From Deltaproteobacteria bacterium (GTDB lineage: Bacteria > Desulfobacterota > Desulfobacteria > Desulfobacterales > Desulfatirhabdiaceae), in NCBI GenBank assembly GCA_016219185.1, contig JACRBZ010000078.1, forward strand, positions 4,810 to 68,809: a stretch of DNA of 64,000 nt, in the 5' to 3' direction. The stretch's first letter is position 1. Every line of letters begins with the position of its first letter. A program made the translations under genes and the position numbers. This document shows, piece after piece, positions 1 through 9,094 of the stretch. The notes under the pieces were generated by a model, which saw nothing but the letters and a program-made list of their open reading frames with translations, was not told the DNA's origin and searched no databases.

Positions 1-673
1 ATCCTCCTAGCTCATCTTTTGTAATATCTTCTCCAATAATCATTTTTACCACCTGCGGACCAGTAATAAACATGTGGCTCTGCTTCTCGATCATGTAAAT
101 AAAGTCTGTCATTGCAGGTATGTAAACCGAAAGTCCGCTGCAAGTGCCCAAAATAGCGGAAATTTGAGGGACCATCCCGGAAGCAAGTGTACACGGATAA
201 AAAACAGAACCGCCATGCTTCTCGGAGAGATTTGAAAAAAGAGAACTTTTTGCCATGCTTAACACGTCCAGTTCGTCAGACGTCGGAAGTCTTGCGCCAG
301 GAGAATCATAGAGTCCGATGAAAGGGACTTTGCATTCCATCGCTCGCTCTACGGTCCGATACATTTTATTCCCATGTTCCAGACCTACTGCCCCGCCCTT
401 TATCGTTGGATCCTGTGAAAATACATATACCTGCCTTCCATCTATGGTTCCGCTTCCACAGATAATTCCATCTCCTGGAATACCCCGGGCGTGTCCGGCA
501 AGCATATTCATCTCCAACAGGCTGTTTTCATCCAGAAGTATGTCAAGTCTTTCCCTGGCTGTCAGTTTCCCCATGGCGTGCTGTTGGGTGTTCCTTTTTT
601 CACCGCCACCTAAGCGTACTCTTTGCCGAATTTCATCAAGCTCTTTTAATCGATTTTCCAACAACGGCTCCAT
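1..673 (-). CDS. Acyl-CoA carboxyltransferase (propionyl-CoA carboxylase beta / methylmalonyl-CoA or glutaconyl-CoA decarboxylase alpha family). N-terminal ~224 aa only; the gene runs off the left edge.
   Basis: Absent from the ORF track because there is no stop in the window. My own minus-strand translation from the ATG at 673-671 gives MEPLLENRLKELDEIRQRVRLGGGEKRNTQQHAMGKLTARERLDILLDENSLLEMNMLAGH...GSGTIDGRQVYVFSQDPTIKGGAVG, a typical carboxyltransferase N-domain. AAGGAGA lies just upstream. Confidence 0.8.
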   Translation of the reverse strand, partial: MEPLLENRLKELDEIRQRVRLGGGEKRNTQQHAMGKLTARERLDILLDENSLLEMNMLAGHARGIPGDGIICGSGTIDGRQVYVFSQDPTIKGGAVGLEHGNKMYRTVERAMECKVPFIGLYDSPGARLPTSDELDVLSMAKSSLFSNLSEKHGGSVFYPCTLASGMVPQISAILGTCSGLSVYIPAMTDFIYMIEKQSHMFITGPQVVKMIIGEDITKDELGG

Positions 674-697
674 ATTGATATTCTCCTTGCTTTAATT

Positions 698-1321
698 CTA
701 CAGGTTGTATTCACAATTCAAGGTTTTCGCTATTGTCTTTTGGGCTGTCTCTTCGGCTTCCTCAAGCGAAGAATACCCCAAACCCTTCACCATGTGGGCA
801 TAGATTTCTTCGGTCATATTCTTTGCTTGACTGCGGTTAACCATAATATCACGAAAGAGATGAGTCAGCGTCATCAGCGAGTATGTCTCAAGTTCGCAAC
901 AAAGATAAGTTTTAAAAGACGTGTCCAACTGCCGCCTCTCGTTGACCGTTGCTCCGAGAGGGCGTCCGCGTGACATTAACGCAGGATATTTTAAAAACAT
1001 TTCTTTCTGCCATTCCGTCTGGACCGCAACAATTTCATGAATCATATTAATAACCTGTGGATTTTCATGCAGGGAAGGCACGATATTTTCCATGCGGGCA
1101 TACTTCAATGTCATCAGGTTCCTGCTGTTGTCCACAGCGCATTTTAAATCAGACAGATAACTCTGCAATGTTTCCTCTGACCAGGCCGCAAACTGGGCCG
1201 AGCGCATGACGCGGAAGCCTTCCGGATCCTCCTGGCATGAAGCCGGATGACAAGAACGAACAGAGACAAACATATCAAATTCGATTGCGAGTATTTGTGA
1301 GATCAATCTTTCTTTTTCCAT
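698..1321 (-). CDS. DUF4125-like protein of unknown function
   Basis: 207-aa ORF with tight operon spacing and a 19-nt overlap with the upstream gene. Family assignment is from memory of the DUF4125 pattern and its usual pairing with DUF4037. Confidence 0.55.
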   Translation of the reverse strand: MEKERLISQILAIEFDMFVSVRSCHPASCQEDPEGFRVMRSAQFAAWSEETLQSYLSDLKCAVDNSRNLMTLKYARMENIVPSLHENPQVINMIHEIVAVQTEWQKEMFLKYPALMSRGRPLGATVNERRQLDTSFKTYLCCELETYSLMTLTHLFRDIMVNRSQAKNMTEEIYAHMVKGLGYSSLEEAEETAQKTIAKTLNCEYNL

Positions 1322-2259
1322 GGCAAATCCTCTTCATCCGATGCCTTTATATTATTGTCGTACCATTCATAGGATTCCCGCATTCCTTCGATAAGAGAAG
1401 TGTATTTAAAACCAAGTGTTTGTTGAATCAGCTCGCTGGAATAAATCAAGTGGCTATCTAAAGGAAAGGGCAGGGGAATCTTTTTTTTATCAATTTCAGC
1501 GGCACTCATGAATCTTTTCGATATAGGCCAGCCACTGATTACTTCAAGTATTTCAATCAACCGACCGTATGAAATGAGTTCCGGAGCACATAGATTAAAT
1601 GTCTTGTTATATGTGTCCGGATTTCCCATGCATAAAACAATAATCTGAGCCGCATCCCATACGGAAATAAATTGAAAAAGGGGCAGGTCGTTTTCAGGTA
1701 TCACGGTCGATTGCTTTTTACGAATCAAGTCAAAAAAATAGCTCTCACGGGGGGCATAATTGTATTTACCGTAAATGATGCCTGGCCGAAGACTGGTGAA
1801 AGGTATATGATTATACCTGCACTGTATTGTTATGGCTTTTTCGGCCAGCGATTTCTGGTATCCGTAATTTGCGGCTGGGCCGAGTTCGGGTTGAGGGCCG
1901 GTTAAAGTGGGAGAGCCCTCTTTGATGGGGAGGGATTTTGTTGGCGCATAAACAGAAACCGTACTGATAAAAATATAATGGTTAACCGTTTTACGGGGCA
2001 GAACAAGAAACAGGTTGTTTACATCCTGGGGCGTGTAAGCGCAAAAATCAATGACGGCATGCCACAATAATTTTGGAAGCAGCGCTTTTAAACCGGTGAT
2101 ATCGTTTCGATCGCATTTAAGTTCCACAACCCCTTGCATGTTTAATGGGCGGTTCCCCCGATTCACAATATATATCCGGTAGTTGTTATTTTGTGCCAGG
2201 CTCTCGACAAAAATTCTGCCGAGAAAATAGCTTCCGCCGATAATCAATAAATTTTTCAT
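1303..2259 (-). CDS. NAD(P)-dependent epimerase/dehydratase (extended SDR) family protein
   Basis: N-terminal Rossmann motif MKNLLIIGGSYFLGRIF, YGYQK (YxxxK) catalytic motif, 318 aa. Confidence 0.75.
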   Translation of the reverse strand: MKNLLIIGGSYFLGRIFVESLAQNNNYRIYIVNRGNRPLNMQGVVELKCDRNDITGLKALLPKLLWHAVIDFCAYTPQDVNNLFLVLPRKTVNHYIFISTVSVYAPTKSLPIKEGSPTLTGPQPELGPAANYGYQKSLAEKAITIQCRYNHIPFTSLRPGIIYGKYNYAPRESYFFDLIRKKQSTVIPENDLPLFQFISVWDAAQIIVLCMGNPDTYNKTFNLCAPELISYGRLIEILEVISGWPISKRFMSAAEIDKKKIPLPFPLDSHLIYSSELIQQTLGFKYTSLIEGMRESYEWYDNNIKASDEEDLPWKKKD

Positions 2260-2277
2260 GACGCTCTTTTGTTGTTT

Positions 2278-3204
2278 TTACCCGACCCAGACATTCAGGT
2301 CGCGCAATCTATCATCTTTTATTTTGTTATGTATTTCCGGACCATGATCAGCCATGAATGAACTATCTCTGTAGCTAAGCCCCTGCTTTTTCAGCTCGTT
2401 AATAACAGTGGCACACATTCCTTCGACCCGCTTAATTTTTTCTTCGGATTCGGGTTCCGATATCAACACAGTAACTTCTCTGTGTGTCCACTCGCCCAGA
2501 ATCGGGAGACCTTTCACCGCCCGGTTCATCCATTTGTAAAACGGAGCGTACTTTCTGTTTAAAAGAAATATGAGAGATATAAAATCAGCGCTGAATTTAG
2601 TTTCAGCGTATTGTGCGCAAAAAAAATCGCTTCGCTGAATGCACCTCGGCAAGTTGTATTGCCCGGCCTGACCGATAGTCATACATCGTGATGCAATTTT
2701 TTTAAGCCTCACATCCTCCGGATAGAAATCAAGCAGGGCCTTGCGCAAGCAGGTAAACTCTTTGAGCGGGTCAAAAAAAACCTTACCATTCGTACAGGCC
2801 GCCAGATTATTTTCAGGAATCATCAGCCATTCATTAAGGTCTGACGGCATATGGTCGAATCCGATAAATTTCTGATAAAACCGGTTGATCTCGAAAACAC
2901 CGATTCGTTCATCGCCCCATTGGCTGACTTGTCTTGGGCCAAAGCCGGCAAACGACCGCGGCAATGCGGCAAGAGCCGACTTTAACCTGCTGCTGATAAT
3001 TTCATAGTCTTTGGGTGTCAACCATAAACAGAATCCAGGCCCCCAGTCATGATCCCGGGACAAGCTGTCATCGAATCCGAAACATTCGGAACCGTCTCCA
3101 ACCAGACCGGCCGCCATACGATCGATATAATCGGCAAACTGCTTGCGGAGCATGGGGAAGCCGACTTCTTTAAAATATGTTTCTGATAATTCAAGCCCTA
3201 TCAT
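2278..3204 (-). CDS. DUF4037-like nucleotidyltransferase-fold protein
   Basis: Pol-beta-type NTase signature GDGSECFGFDDSLSRDHDWG (GS...D.S.D.D). The start is moved to M18 (ATG 3204) because GGGAAGG precedes it and this removes the overlap with the TPR gene. Confidence 0.6.
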   Translation of the reverse strand: MIGLELSETYFKEVGFPMLRKQFADYIDRMAAGLVGDGSECFGFDDSLSRDHDWGPGFCLWLTPKDYEIISSRLKSALAALPRSFAGFGPRQVSQWGDERIGVFEINRFYQKFIGFDHMPSDLNEWLMIPENNLAACTNGKVFFDPLKEFTCLRKALLDFYPEDVRLKKIASRCMTIGQAGQYNLPRCIQRSDFFCAQYAETKFSADFISLIFLLNRKYAPFYKWMNRAVKGLPILGEWTHREVTVLISEPESEEKIKRVEGMCATVINELKKQGLSYRDSSFMADHGPEIHNKIKDDRLRDLNVWVG

Positions 3205-3214
3205 GCCTTCCCGC

Positions 3215-3772
3215 TCACTTATCAGAATTGGATAAAACAGATATATTCTTTTCAACCAGCCCTGCTCTTTCCTCCATGTTCAACTCCTCGTAAAGTGCTT
3301 TCGCCTTATAAAACCATTCAAGAGCAGGTTTAAATTCCTTTTTCTGAACACAAATATATCCGATATCGCTGTATTGATCGGCAAGACCGGGCTTGTCGCC
3401 CTGTAATTTAAAGGCTGCCACCGACTTATCATAACTTTTTCGTGCGTTATCCCATTCGCCTTTGTCGCGATAAACGGACCCGACATTACCGAACTGTTGT
3501 CCGACGCCAAGCATATCATCAAGTACATGATACAGAGCGGCTGACTTACTAAAAGAATCGAGCGCGTTATCAAAATCACCGATCGCAACTTGTGCATGCC
3601 CAATATTATTAAGGAGTATCGCTTTAATTTCCTGTTCTTTCGAATATTCTGTTCCCGTTAGAAGGTACAGGGCTTCAGCATAGCTCTGCAACGCTCCGTT
3701 GTAATCACCTTGATCAGAAAGGTCTCTTGCTTTACGATTCAAATTCATGACTGAATCAATTTTTAAATCCAT
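3215..3772 (-). CDS. Tetratricopeptide-repeat protein
   Basis: Repeated A-x-x-x-Y / G-x-Y-x-x-A-L-x-x-Y TPR-like units (ALQSYAEALYL, ALDSFSKSAALY, ARKSYDKSVAAF, ALEWFYKAKALY). The start could be either 3772 or 3811. Confidence 0.65.
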   Translation of the reverse strand: MDLKIDSVMNLNRKARDLSDQGDYNGALQSYAEALYLLTGTEYSKEQEIKAILLNNIGHAQVAIGDFDNALDSFSKSAALYHVLDDMLGVGQQFGNVGSVYRDKGEWDNARKSYDKSVAAFKLQGDKPGLADQYSDIGYICVQKKEFKPALEWFYKAKALYEELNMEERAGLVEKNISVLSNSDK

Positions 3773-3776
3773 AACC

Positions 3777-4574
3777 TTAACATCCTTTGAAAACAGGTTT
3801 TCGTTTTTCAATGAATGCGAGTTGGCCTTCCTTTAAGTCTTCGCTGTCGAACCCTTGTGCAATGATCGCATCTGCTTCCTTTAAGTCTGTTTCCTTAAAT
3901 TCAACAGCCCGAGAAAGCATGCTCAATATCCTCTTACTCCCCTTGAGGGACAATGGTGCGTTTCCGGCAATCTCATTTGCAAGGGCATAGGTCGTAGCTG
4001 AAAGTTCTGACCGAGGTACCAGATAATCCACAATCCCCATTTCCTTGACTTCCCGGCCCCCGTATTTCCGGGCTGTGAAAAAAAGCTCTTTGGTCCGCGC
4101 CATTCCAATAACTTCCGCGAATTGTTTAAAGCCTTCCGGATGATATATGAGCCCAAGTTTTGCCGGGGGCATGCTAACGCTGATATCTTCAACACCGACA
4201 CGCATGTCGCAGCACAATGCGAGGTTCAGGCCAGCCCCAAATGCATAACCGTTCATCATTGCGATAGTCGGAAAGGGATAGTTTTTAACGCTGGACAAAG
4301 CCAATTTCAGCGGATTTTCTTTTTTCATTACTTCCGCCATCTCCGGCGTTAGATCAGTTGGAATGGATAGAATGTCATATCCGGAAGAAAAAGCTTTGTC
4401 TCCTGATCCTGTGAATACAACAGTCCGAATGGTTTCATCCTGTTCCCATTCTTTCAATGTCAGATGAAGTTTAATAAGCAGTTCCGGTGAAAAAGAATTC
4501 TTTCTTTCAGGCCGGTTAAAAATTATGGTGCCCACATTCCCGTTTATTTCTTTTATCAGCAATTCAATCCCCAT
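3777..4574 (-). CDS. Enoyl-CoA hydratase/isomerase (crotonase) family protein
   Basis: GNVGTIIFNRPERKNSF, FTGSGDKAFSSG and AMMNGYAFGAGLNLALCCD motifs. Start set at MGIELL (ATG 4574), which is preceded by GAGGTGG. Confidence 0.85.
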   Translation of the reverse strand: MGIELLIKEINGNVGTIIFNRPERKNSFSPELLIKLHLTLKEWEQDETIRTVVFTGSGDKAFSSGYDILSIPTDLTPEMAEVMKKENPLKLALSSVKNYPFPTIAMMNGYAFGAGLNLALCCDMRVGVEDISVSMPPAKLGLIYHPEGFKQFAEVIGMARTKELFFTARKYGGREVKEMGIVDYLVPRSELSATTYALANEIAGNAPLSLKGSKRILSMLSRAVEFKETDLKEADAIIAQGFDSEDLKEGQLAFIEKRKPVFKGC

Positions 4575-4675
4575 ATTTCCCACCTCAACAGCTATAGCGT
4601 ATTGTATAATAATGGAGCATTCCGTCTGCACGCCGATCCAGCAACCGGGATAATAATGTTTTCACCTGAGTAATT

Positions 4676-5110
4676 TCACCAAACAGTATTTACATCGACG
4701 ATATGGACTTTATAATTCAAATCAATTCCTGCATAGGGATGATTCCGGTCAAGATAGACCCAGTCTCCGATATACCCCTGCACTGTGAACAACTCATTTT
4801 CAGAAATTGTCTCATACCTTCTAATTCTGCCGCCGACCTTTATTTCGATGTCTGATGGGAGTTCGTGTCTGTTAACTCTTAAAATCAATTCCTTTTTCCG
4901 CTCCCCATAACCCTGTTCGGCAGGAACATAGACGTTTTTGCTTTGGCCAGGGCCAAGAGTCATGATCTGATTTTCCAAACCCAATGGGAAATCTCCGCAA
5001 CCCATTTGAAATTTAATCGGAGTATTGGCATAAGTATTGTCCAGCACATTTCCGGAAACATCTTCTACGATGTAACGCATAGTAATAATTGTATTATCAG
5101 TTATATACAT
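4676..5110 (-). CDS. FKBP-type peptidyl-prolyl cis-trans isomerase (SlyD-like)
   Basis: FQMGCGDFPLGLENQIMTLGPGQSKNVYVPAEQGYGER and NHPYAGIDLNYKVHIVDV are typical FKBP/SlyD segments. Start taken at M14. Confidence 0.7.
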   Translation of the reverse strand: MYITDNTIITMRYIVEDVSGNVLDNTYANTPIKFQMGCGDFPLGLENQIMTLGPGQSKNVYVPAEQGYGERKKELILRVNRHELPSDIEIKVGGRIRRYETISENELFTVQGYIGDWVYLDRNHPYAGIDLNYKVHIVDVNTVW

Positions 5111-5180
5111 TGTGTAAAGGCGAATGTGTAAGTCCGTATTGAACAACAATAAATTAGCAAATGCTATTTTATTAATTCAT

Positions 5181-5195
5181 TCAATATCCATGCCA
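5181..5195 (-). promoter_or_regulatory. Weak sigma-54-like -24/-12 element facing the FKBP operon
   Basis: The minus strand reads TGGCATGGATATTGA: correct GG-N10 spacing, but the -12 element is TTGA rather than TTGC. It lies about 70 nt upstream of ATG 5110. Confidence 0.25.
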
Positions 5196-5657
5196 ATAGA
5201 CTCATATCAACGATGCCTTCATTCATTATGATTTGATTGACTTGTAAACAGTCAGATCGAATTGGGGCTGGAGTTGGCTGTTCATTGCCTGAAAATGGGG
5301 TGTGCTCTCAATTATATCTGTGGAAAGAAAAACTATAATATTTCGTTGAAACAAAAACACGTGGCGATTTTAGCGATAGGGCTTAATGCAATATTTAACA
5401 TTCCCAGATTAAATCCACAACGCATTGCTATGGCATTGCAAAAACCGGCCAAAAAAACCGGCCAAATTGTCCTGAAGGTGGATAATCGATACCTGTATCT
5501 ATATTGTGGCCCCTTCGGGCATCCTTTAATCGACCCAGGCTCCAGGATTCCATTTTGCAGATTTATCAGAAATTCCCACACAAAATCTATACAGACTCGC
5601 AAAAAACGGACGACACCTGCAATCACCTGCTTAAATATCAGTCAGATGTGAGCAACA

Positions 5658-5672
5658 TGGCATGTTAATTGC
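5658..5672 (+). promoter_or_regulatory. Sigma-54 (RpoN) -24/-12 promoter
   Basis: TGGCATGTTAATTGC matches TGGCAC-N5-TTGC with exact GG-N10-GC spacing. It lies 100 nt upstream of ATG 5772, and rpoN is encoded in this window. Confidence 0.55.
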
Positions 5673-5771
5673 TTTTTATAAGCAATTAAAGAGGTATAGT
5701 CCCATTGCCAAGGACAGTATTCGAGGTTGTTGGACTGTTTCAAGGAGAATTAACAAACTGCTGGAGGAGTT

Positions 5772-6917
5772 ATGCTGGAAAAAGGGGCATTAACCGGAAT
5801 TACCGTACTGGATATCTCAAGACTTCTGCCAGGACCTTATGGTTCGATGATCTTGGCGGATCATGGCGCACGGGTGATTTCCATAGAAGACAAGCGCTTT
5901 ATCGCCGATGGTTTTATCACAACCGTAAACCGGAACAAAGAACACCTTTCACTGGATTTAAAAACCCCCGAGGGAAAGGAGATTTTCTTTCGCCTTGTGA
6001 AAACCGCGGATGTCGTGATGGAAGGATTCCGCCCGGGTGTCGTACAGCGTCTGGGTGTTGATTATGAAACGGTTTGCAAGGTCAATCCTGGCATCATTTA
6101 CTGTTCCATAACCGGCTATGGCCAGACAGGCCCTTACGTGAATCGGGTCGGCCATGATGTCAATTATCTGAGTGCTGCGGGAATCCTCGATTTAATCGGT
6201 GCGCCGGATTCTCCTCCCGCCATTCCCGGCGTTCAATTGGCGGACGTTGCAGGTGGCGGGATGAATGCTGTTATCGGCATTCTGCTTGCACTCATTGCCA
6301 GGAATCAGACCGGCATGGGCCAGTACATTGATATTTCCATGACCGACGGCCTGTTGGGGTTTCTTTCCATTCCGCTTTACTTTCATCAAATGACCCGCCA
6401 GCTCCCCACACGCTCGGATGCCGTGCTATCTCACAGATATGCCTGTTACAATACCTATGAAACCGCAGACGGCCGGTCTCTATCCATTGGCGCCGTTGAA
6501 CACCGCTTCTGGAAAAAACTTTGCGAGCATCTTGAACTAACGGAATTCAGCGACCTGCAGTATGACGACAGCAGACGACTGGAAATCATCGACATTCTGC
6601 GCTCTGTTTTTCGCCAGAAGACCCTCGAAAGGTGGGACAGCGAGCTCGGAGATCTGGATATCTGCTGGGGAAAGGTTCAGAACCTCGAAGAAGTGCTGAA
6701 GGACCCCTTATTCAGGGAAAGGGAAATGGTTGTTGACCTTGAGGGAAAGAACGGGAAAACAATGCCGGTTATTGGTATTCCTGTCAAGCTGAGCCGAACG
6801 CCGGGGAAGGTGCGCATACCGGCCGTCGGTTTTGGAGAAAGCACAGTTCCCATTTTACGGGAAATCGGATATCCAGAAGAAGATATTGCCGTGTTTCAGA
6901 AAAAAGGAATCGTATAA
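5772..6917 (+). CDS. Family III CoA-transferase fold protein, alpha-methylacyl-CoA racemase-like
   Basis: LTGITVLDISRLLPGPYGSMILADHGARVI N-terminus, and GYGQTGPYVNRVGHDVNYLSAAG, which resembles the AMACR/MCR GHDINYLALSG catalytic-His segment. Confidence 0.75.
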   Translation: MLEKGALTGITVLDISRLLPGPYGSMILADHGARVISIEDKRFIADGFITTVNRNKEHLSLDLKTPEGKEIFFRLVKTADVVMEGFRPGVVQRLGVDYETVCKVNPGIIYCSITGYGQTGPYVNRVGHDVNYLSAAGILDLIGAPDSPPAIPGVQLADVAGGGMNAVIGILLALIARNQTGMGQYIDISMTDGLLGFLSIPLYFHQMTRQLPTRSDAVLSHRYACYNTYETADGRSLSIGAVEHRFWKKLCEHLELTEFSDLQYDDSRRLEIIDILRSVFRQKTLERWDSELGDLDICWGKVQNLEEVLKDPLFREREMVVDLEGKNGKTMPVIGIPVKLSRTPGKVRIPAVGFGESTVPILREIGYPEEDIAVFQKKGIV

Positions 6918-6935
6918 AAACGGGAGATTTTTGAG

Positions 6936-7103
6936 ATGATGGGCGACACGTCGAGAGGGGACAGGCTGGAAATTCTGCAGGAAGGCATTACCCGGCTGAA
7001 GGTTGATGCAATTATCATTGCCGTCAACCTTCAGCCGGGCAGCCGTGGAATACAGCCAATCTCGGTAGATTTTTCTTTTATTTCAAGGAGAGATCATAAA
7101 TGA
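6936..7103 (+). pseudogene. Macro-domain (O-acetyl-ADP-ribose deacetylase-like) N-terminal fragment
   Basis: The 55-codon ORF MMGDTSRGDRLEILQEGITRLKVDAIIIAVNLQPGSRG resembles the macro-domain start I.vvqGDITkl.VDaIVNAAN, then the homology ends. Confidence 0.35.
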
Positions 7104-7258
7104 CTTCCCCGGTTACCATCCCAACACTGTATGAAATGAAGGAAAAAGGCGAAAATATTATTGCCCTGACTGCTTATGATTATCCCCTGACAAGGCTGGT
7201 GGATACATCGGGAACCCATATGATTCTGATGGGAGACTCACTGTTGCATTCAAGATGA
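7100..7258 (+). pseudogene. panB: panB (ketopantoate hydroxymethyltransferase) N-terminal fragment, 52 codons
   Basis: [48 protein letters not shown] matches the PanB N-terminus (ALTAYDY...ILVGDSLG). The ORF stops 4 codons later, and about 210 codons are missing. Confidence 0.6.
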
Positions 7259-7284
7259 TACCAAGGCGGCAAGGAGGCGGCGGT

Positions 7285-8160
7285 ATGAAACCTTCGGTTG
7301 GTATTGTCGGCTGCGGCCGGATGGGCACAGCCCTGGCAAAAACCCTTGGGGACAAGGGGCATGCGATTGTCGGGGTTTCCAGTCTTCACCGGACGTCTGC
7401 TCAGAGACTGGCGGGCATTTGCGATATTTCGGAGGCAACAGATCGGCCATGGGAGATCACCCGAAAGGCCGATGTGGTGTTTCTGACCATGCCTGACGGG
7501 GCGATTGAATACGTATGCGAGTCGATATCAAAGCAGGACGGGTTTTCCCCGGCCGCGGTCGTTCTTCACTGCTCCGGCGCTCATCCCTCGACCATTCTGG
7601 CTTCGGCCCGCAAGTCCGGCGCATCGATCGGTTCCATGCATCCCCTGCAGAGTTTTGCATCTATCGACCTCACTCAAAATCCGTTTAAAGGGATTCGGGT
7701 GGCGATCGAGGGGGATTCAAAAGCGGTGTCGTTGGCTGATCGGATGACAAGGGATCTGGAAGCGCTTCCGCTGCAGATTCTTACCGAAGGAAAGCCGCTG
7801 TACCACGCGGCCGCCGTGGTGGCATCCAATTTCCTGGTCACCCTCATGGGGGTGGCCTTCCGGCTCATTCAGCAAGCCGGTGTTCCCCCTGAAGAAGCAT
7901 TTGCCGTCCTGAAACCCCTCATCGAAGGCACCCTTGCCAATATCGACCGGGTGGGCGTTCATCAGGCCCTGACAGGACCTGTGGTGCGCGGCGATGTGCA
8001 AACGGTAGAAACCCATATCCAGGCCATCGGTCAAACCATGCCGGAGCTTCTTCCCTTCTATACCTGTCTGGTTCATTACACGGCGGTGCAGGCCGGTGAA
8101 GGGAACCGGATTTCAGAGGAGATGGTGAAAACCTTTCTGGAAAGGTGTAAATTTGGTTAG
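7285..8160 (+). CDS. Rossmann-fold plus DUF2520 protein (PanG-like putative ketopantoate reductase family)
   Basis: VGIVGCGRMGTALAKTL dinucleotide fold and a C-terminal HAAAVVASNF...LTGPVVRGD DUF2520-like segment. Start at M11, after AAGGAGG. Confidence 0.65.
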   Translation: MKPSVGIVGCGRMGTALAKTLGDKGHAIVGVSSLHRTSAQRLAGICDISEATDRPWEITRKADVVFLTMPDGAIEYVCESISKQDGFSPAAVVLHCSGAHPSTILASARKSGASIGSMHPLQSFASIDLTQNPFKGIRVAIEGDSKAVSLADRMTRDLEALPLQILTEGKPLYHAAAVVASNFLVTLMGVAFRLIQQAGVPPEEAFAVLKPLIEGTLANIDRVGVHQALTGPVVRGDVQTVETHIQAIGQTMPELLPFYTCLVHYTAVQAGEGNRISEEMVKTFLERCKFG

Positions 8161-8265
8161 CAGGAACCCGTAGCTGCCAGCCTTTCCGTCAGATTGTCAT
8201 CATAGCAACTCGCCTATTTTTTTACATATGAGCGCATATTATGATTTTGGAACAAGGGATGTTTC

Positions 8266-8925
8266 ATGGGAATTCAGGAAAGAAAAGAAAGAGATAAAGA
8301 GAGGCGGCGCCAGCGGATTCTCGTGGCTGCCAATCGGTTGTTCTCGAAAAAAGGGTTCAGCAAGTCAACGATGGAAGACATTGCCAGTGAAGCTGAATTG
8401 AGTACGGGAACCTTATACCTGTATTTCAAAAATAAAGAAGAGCTGCATGCATCGCTTTCTTTGAGGGTTTTGCAGTACCTTCATATTCGGGTCGAGCATG
8501 TCAACAAGGACAGCGATCTGACTCCCGAACGAAAAGTAGAGAAATTGATTGAGGCCATGTATGATGTCTATGATTTTGATCCGCTGAACATCATCAATTT
8601 GTTTCACCTTCAGTCCAGCGAAACGTTGAGAAATCTATCTCCCCGTCTCAAGATCCTGATCAAGGATTTATCCCGTAAATCCATCGGGGCAATTTCCGAT
8701 ATTTTTCAGGAGGGAATCGAAAAAGGCATTTATATTGAAAATCACCCGGTTGCTTTTTCGGATATCTTCTGGTCACTGTTTTCTGGAGTTGTCCTCCGGG
8801 AAGCTAGTAAAAAAACCATAAATGAAGACAAGGATTACTTGAAAAAAAAACTTGCTCTTTCCTTTGAAATATTCTCTCGAGGACTGAAAAAAGACAAGCC
8901 AACTGTCCAGCGATGGGGATCTTGA
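8266..8925 (+). CDS. TetR/AcrR family transcriptional regulator
   Basis: N-terminal HTH segment [43 protein letters not shown]. Confidence 0.85.
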   Translation: MGIQERKERDKERRRQRILVAANRLFSKKGFSKSTMEDIASEAELSTGTLYLYFKNKEELHASLSLRVLQYLHIRVEHVNKDSDLTPERKVEKLIEAMYDVYDFDPLNIINLFHLQSSETLRNLSPRLKILIKDLSRKSIGAISDIFQEGIEKGIYIENHPVAFSDIFWSLFSGVVLREASKKTINEDKDYLKKKLALSFEIFSRGLKKDKPTVQRWGS

Positions 8926-9094
8926 CTTATCATGTACCGGAACAAACAAGATTCACAGGTCTGTGTTTTGTGTATTGAGGTATAAAAAGATGGTATGACG
9001 ACTCGAATTGGTATTATTACCCCTGTTTTTTTGTTATCAGGCTTGAAAACCATTAATAAATATTAATCTAACGGGCAGTTAGGGAGAATGATGA

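Noticed and set aside
5262-5651. Overlapping ORFs of 129 aa (plus strand) and 97 aa (minus strand) in the divergent control region.
   Set aside because: They have no RBS and odd composition, overlap each other, and sit in an AT-rich region that contains promoter-like elements. I treat the region as non-coding.
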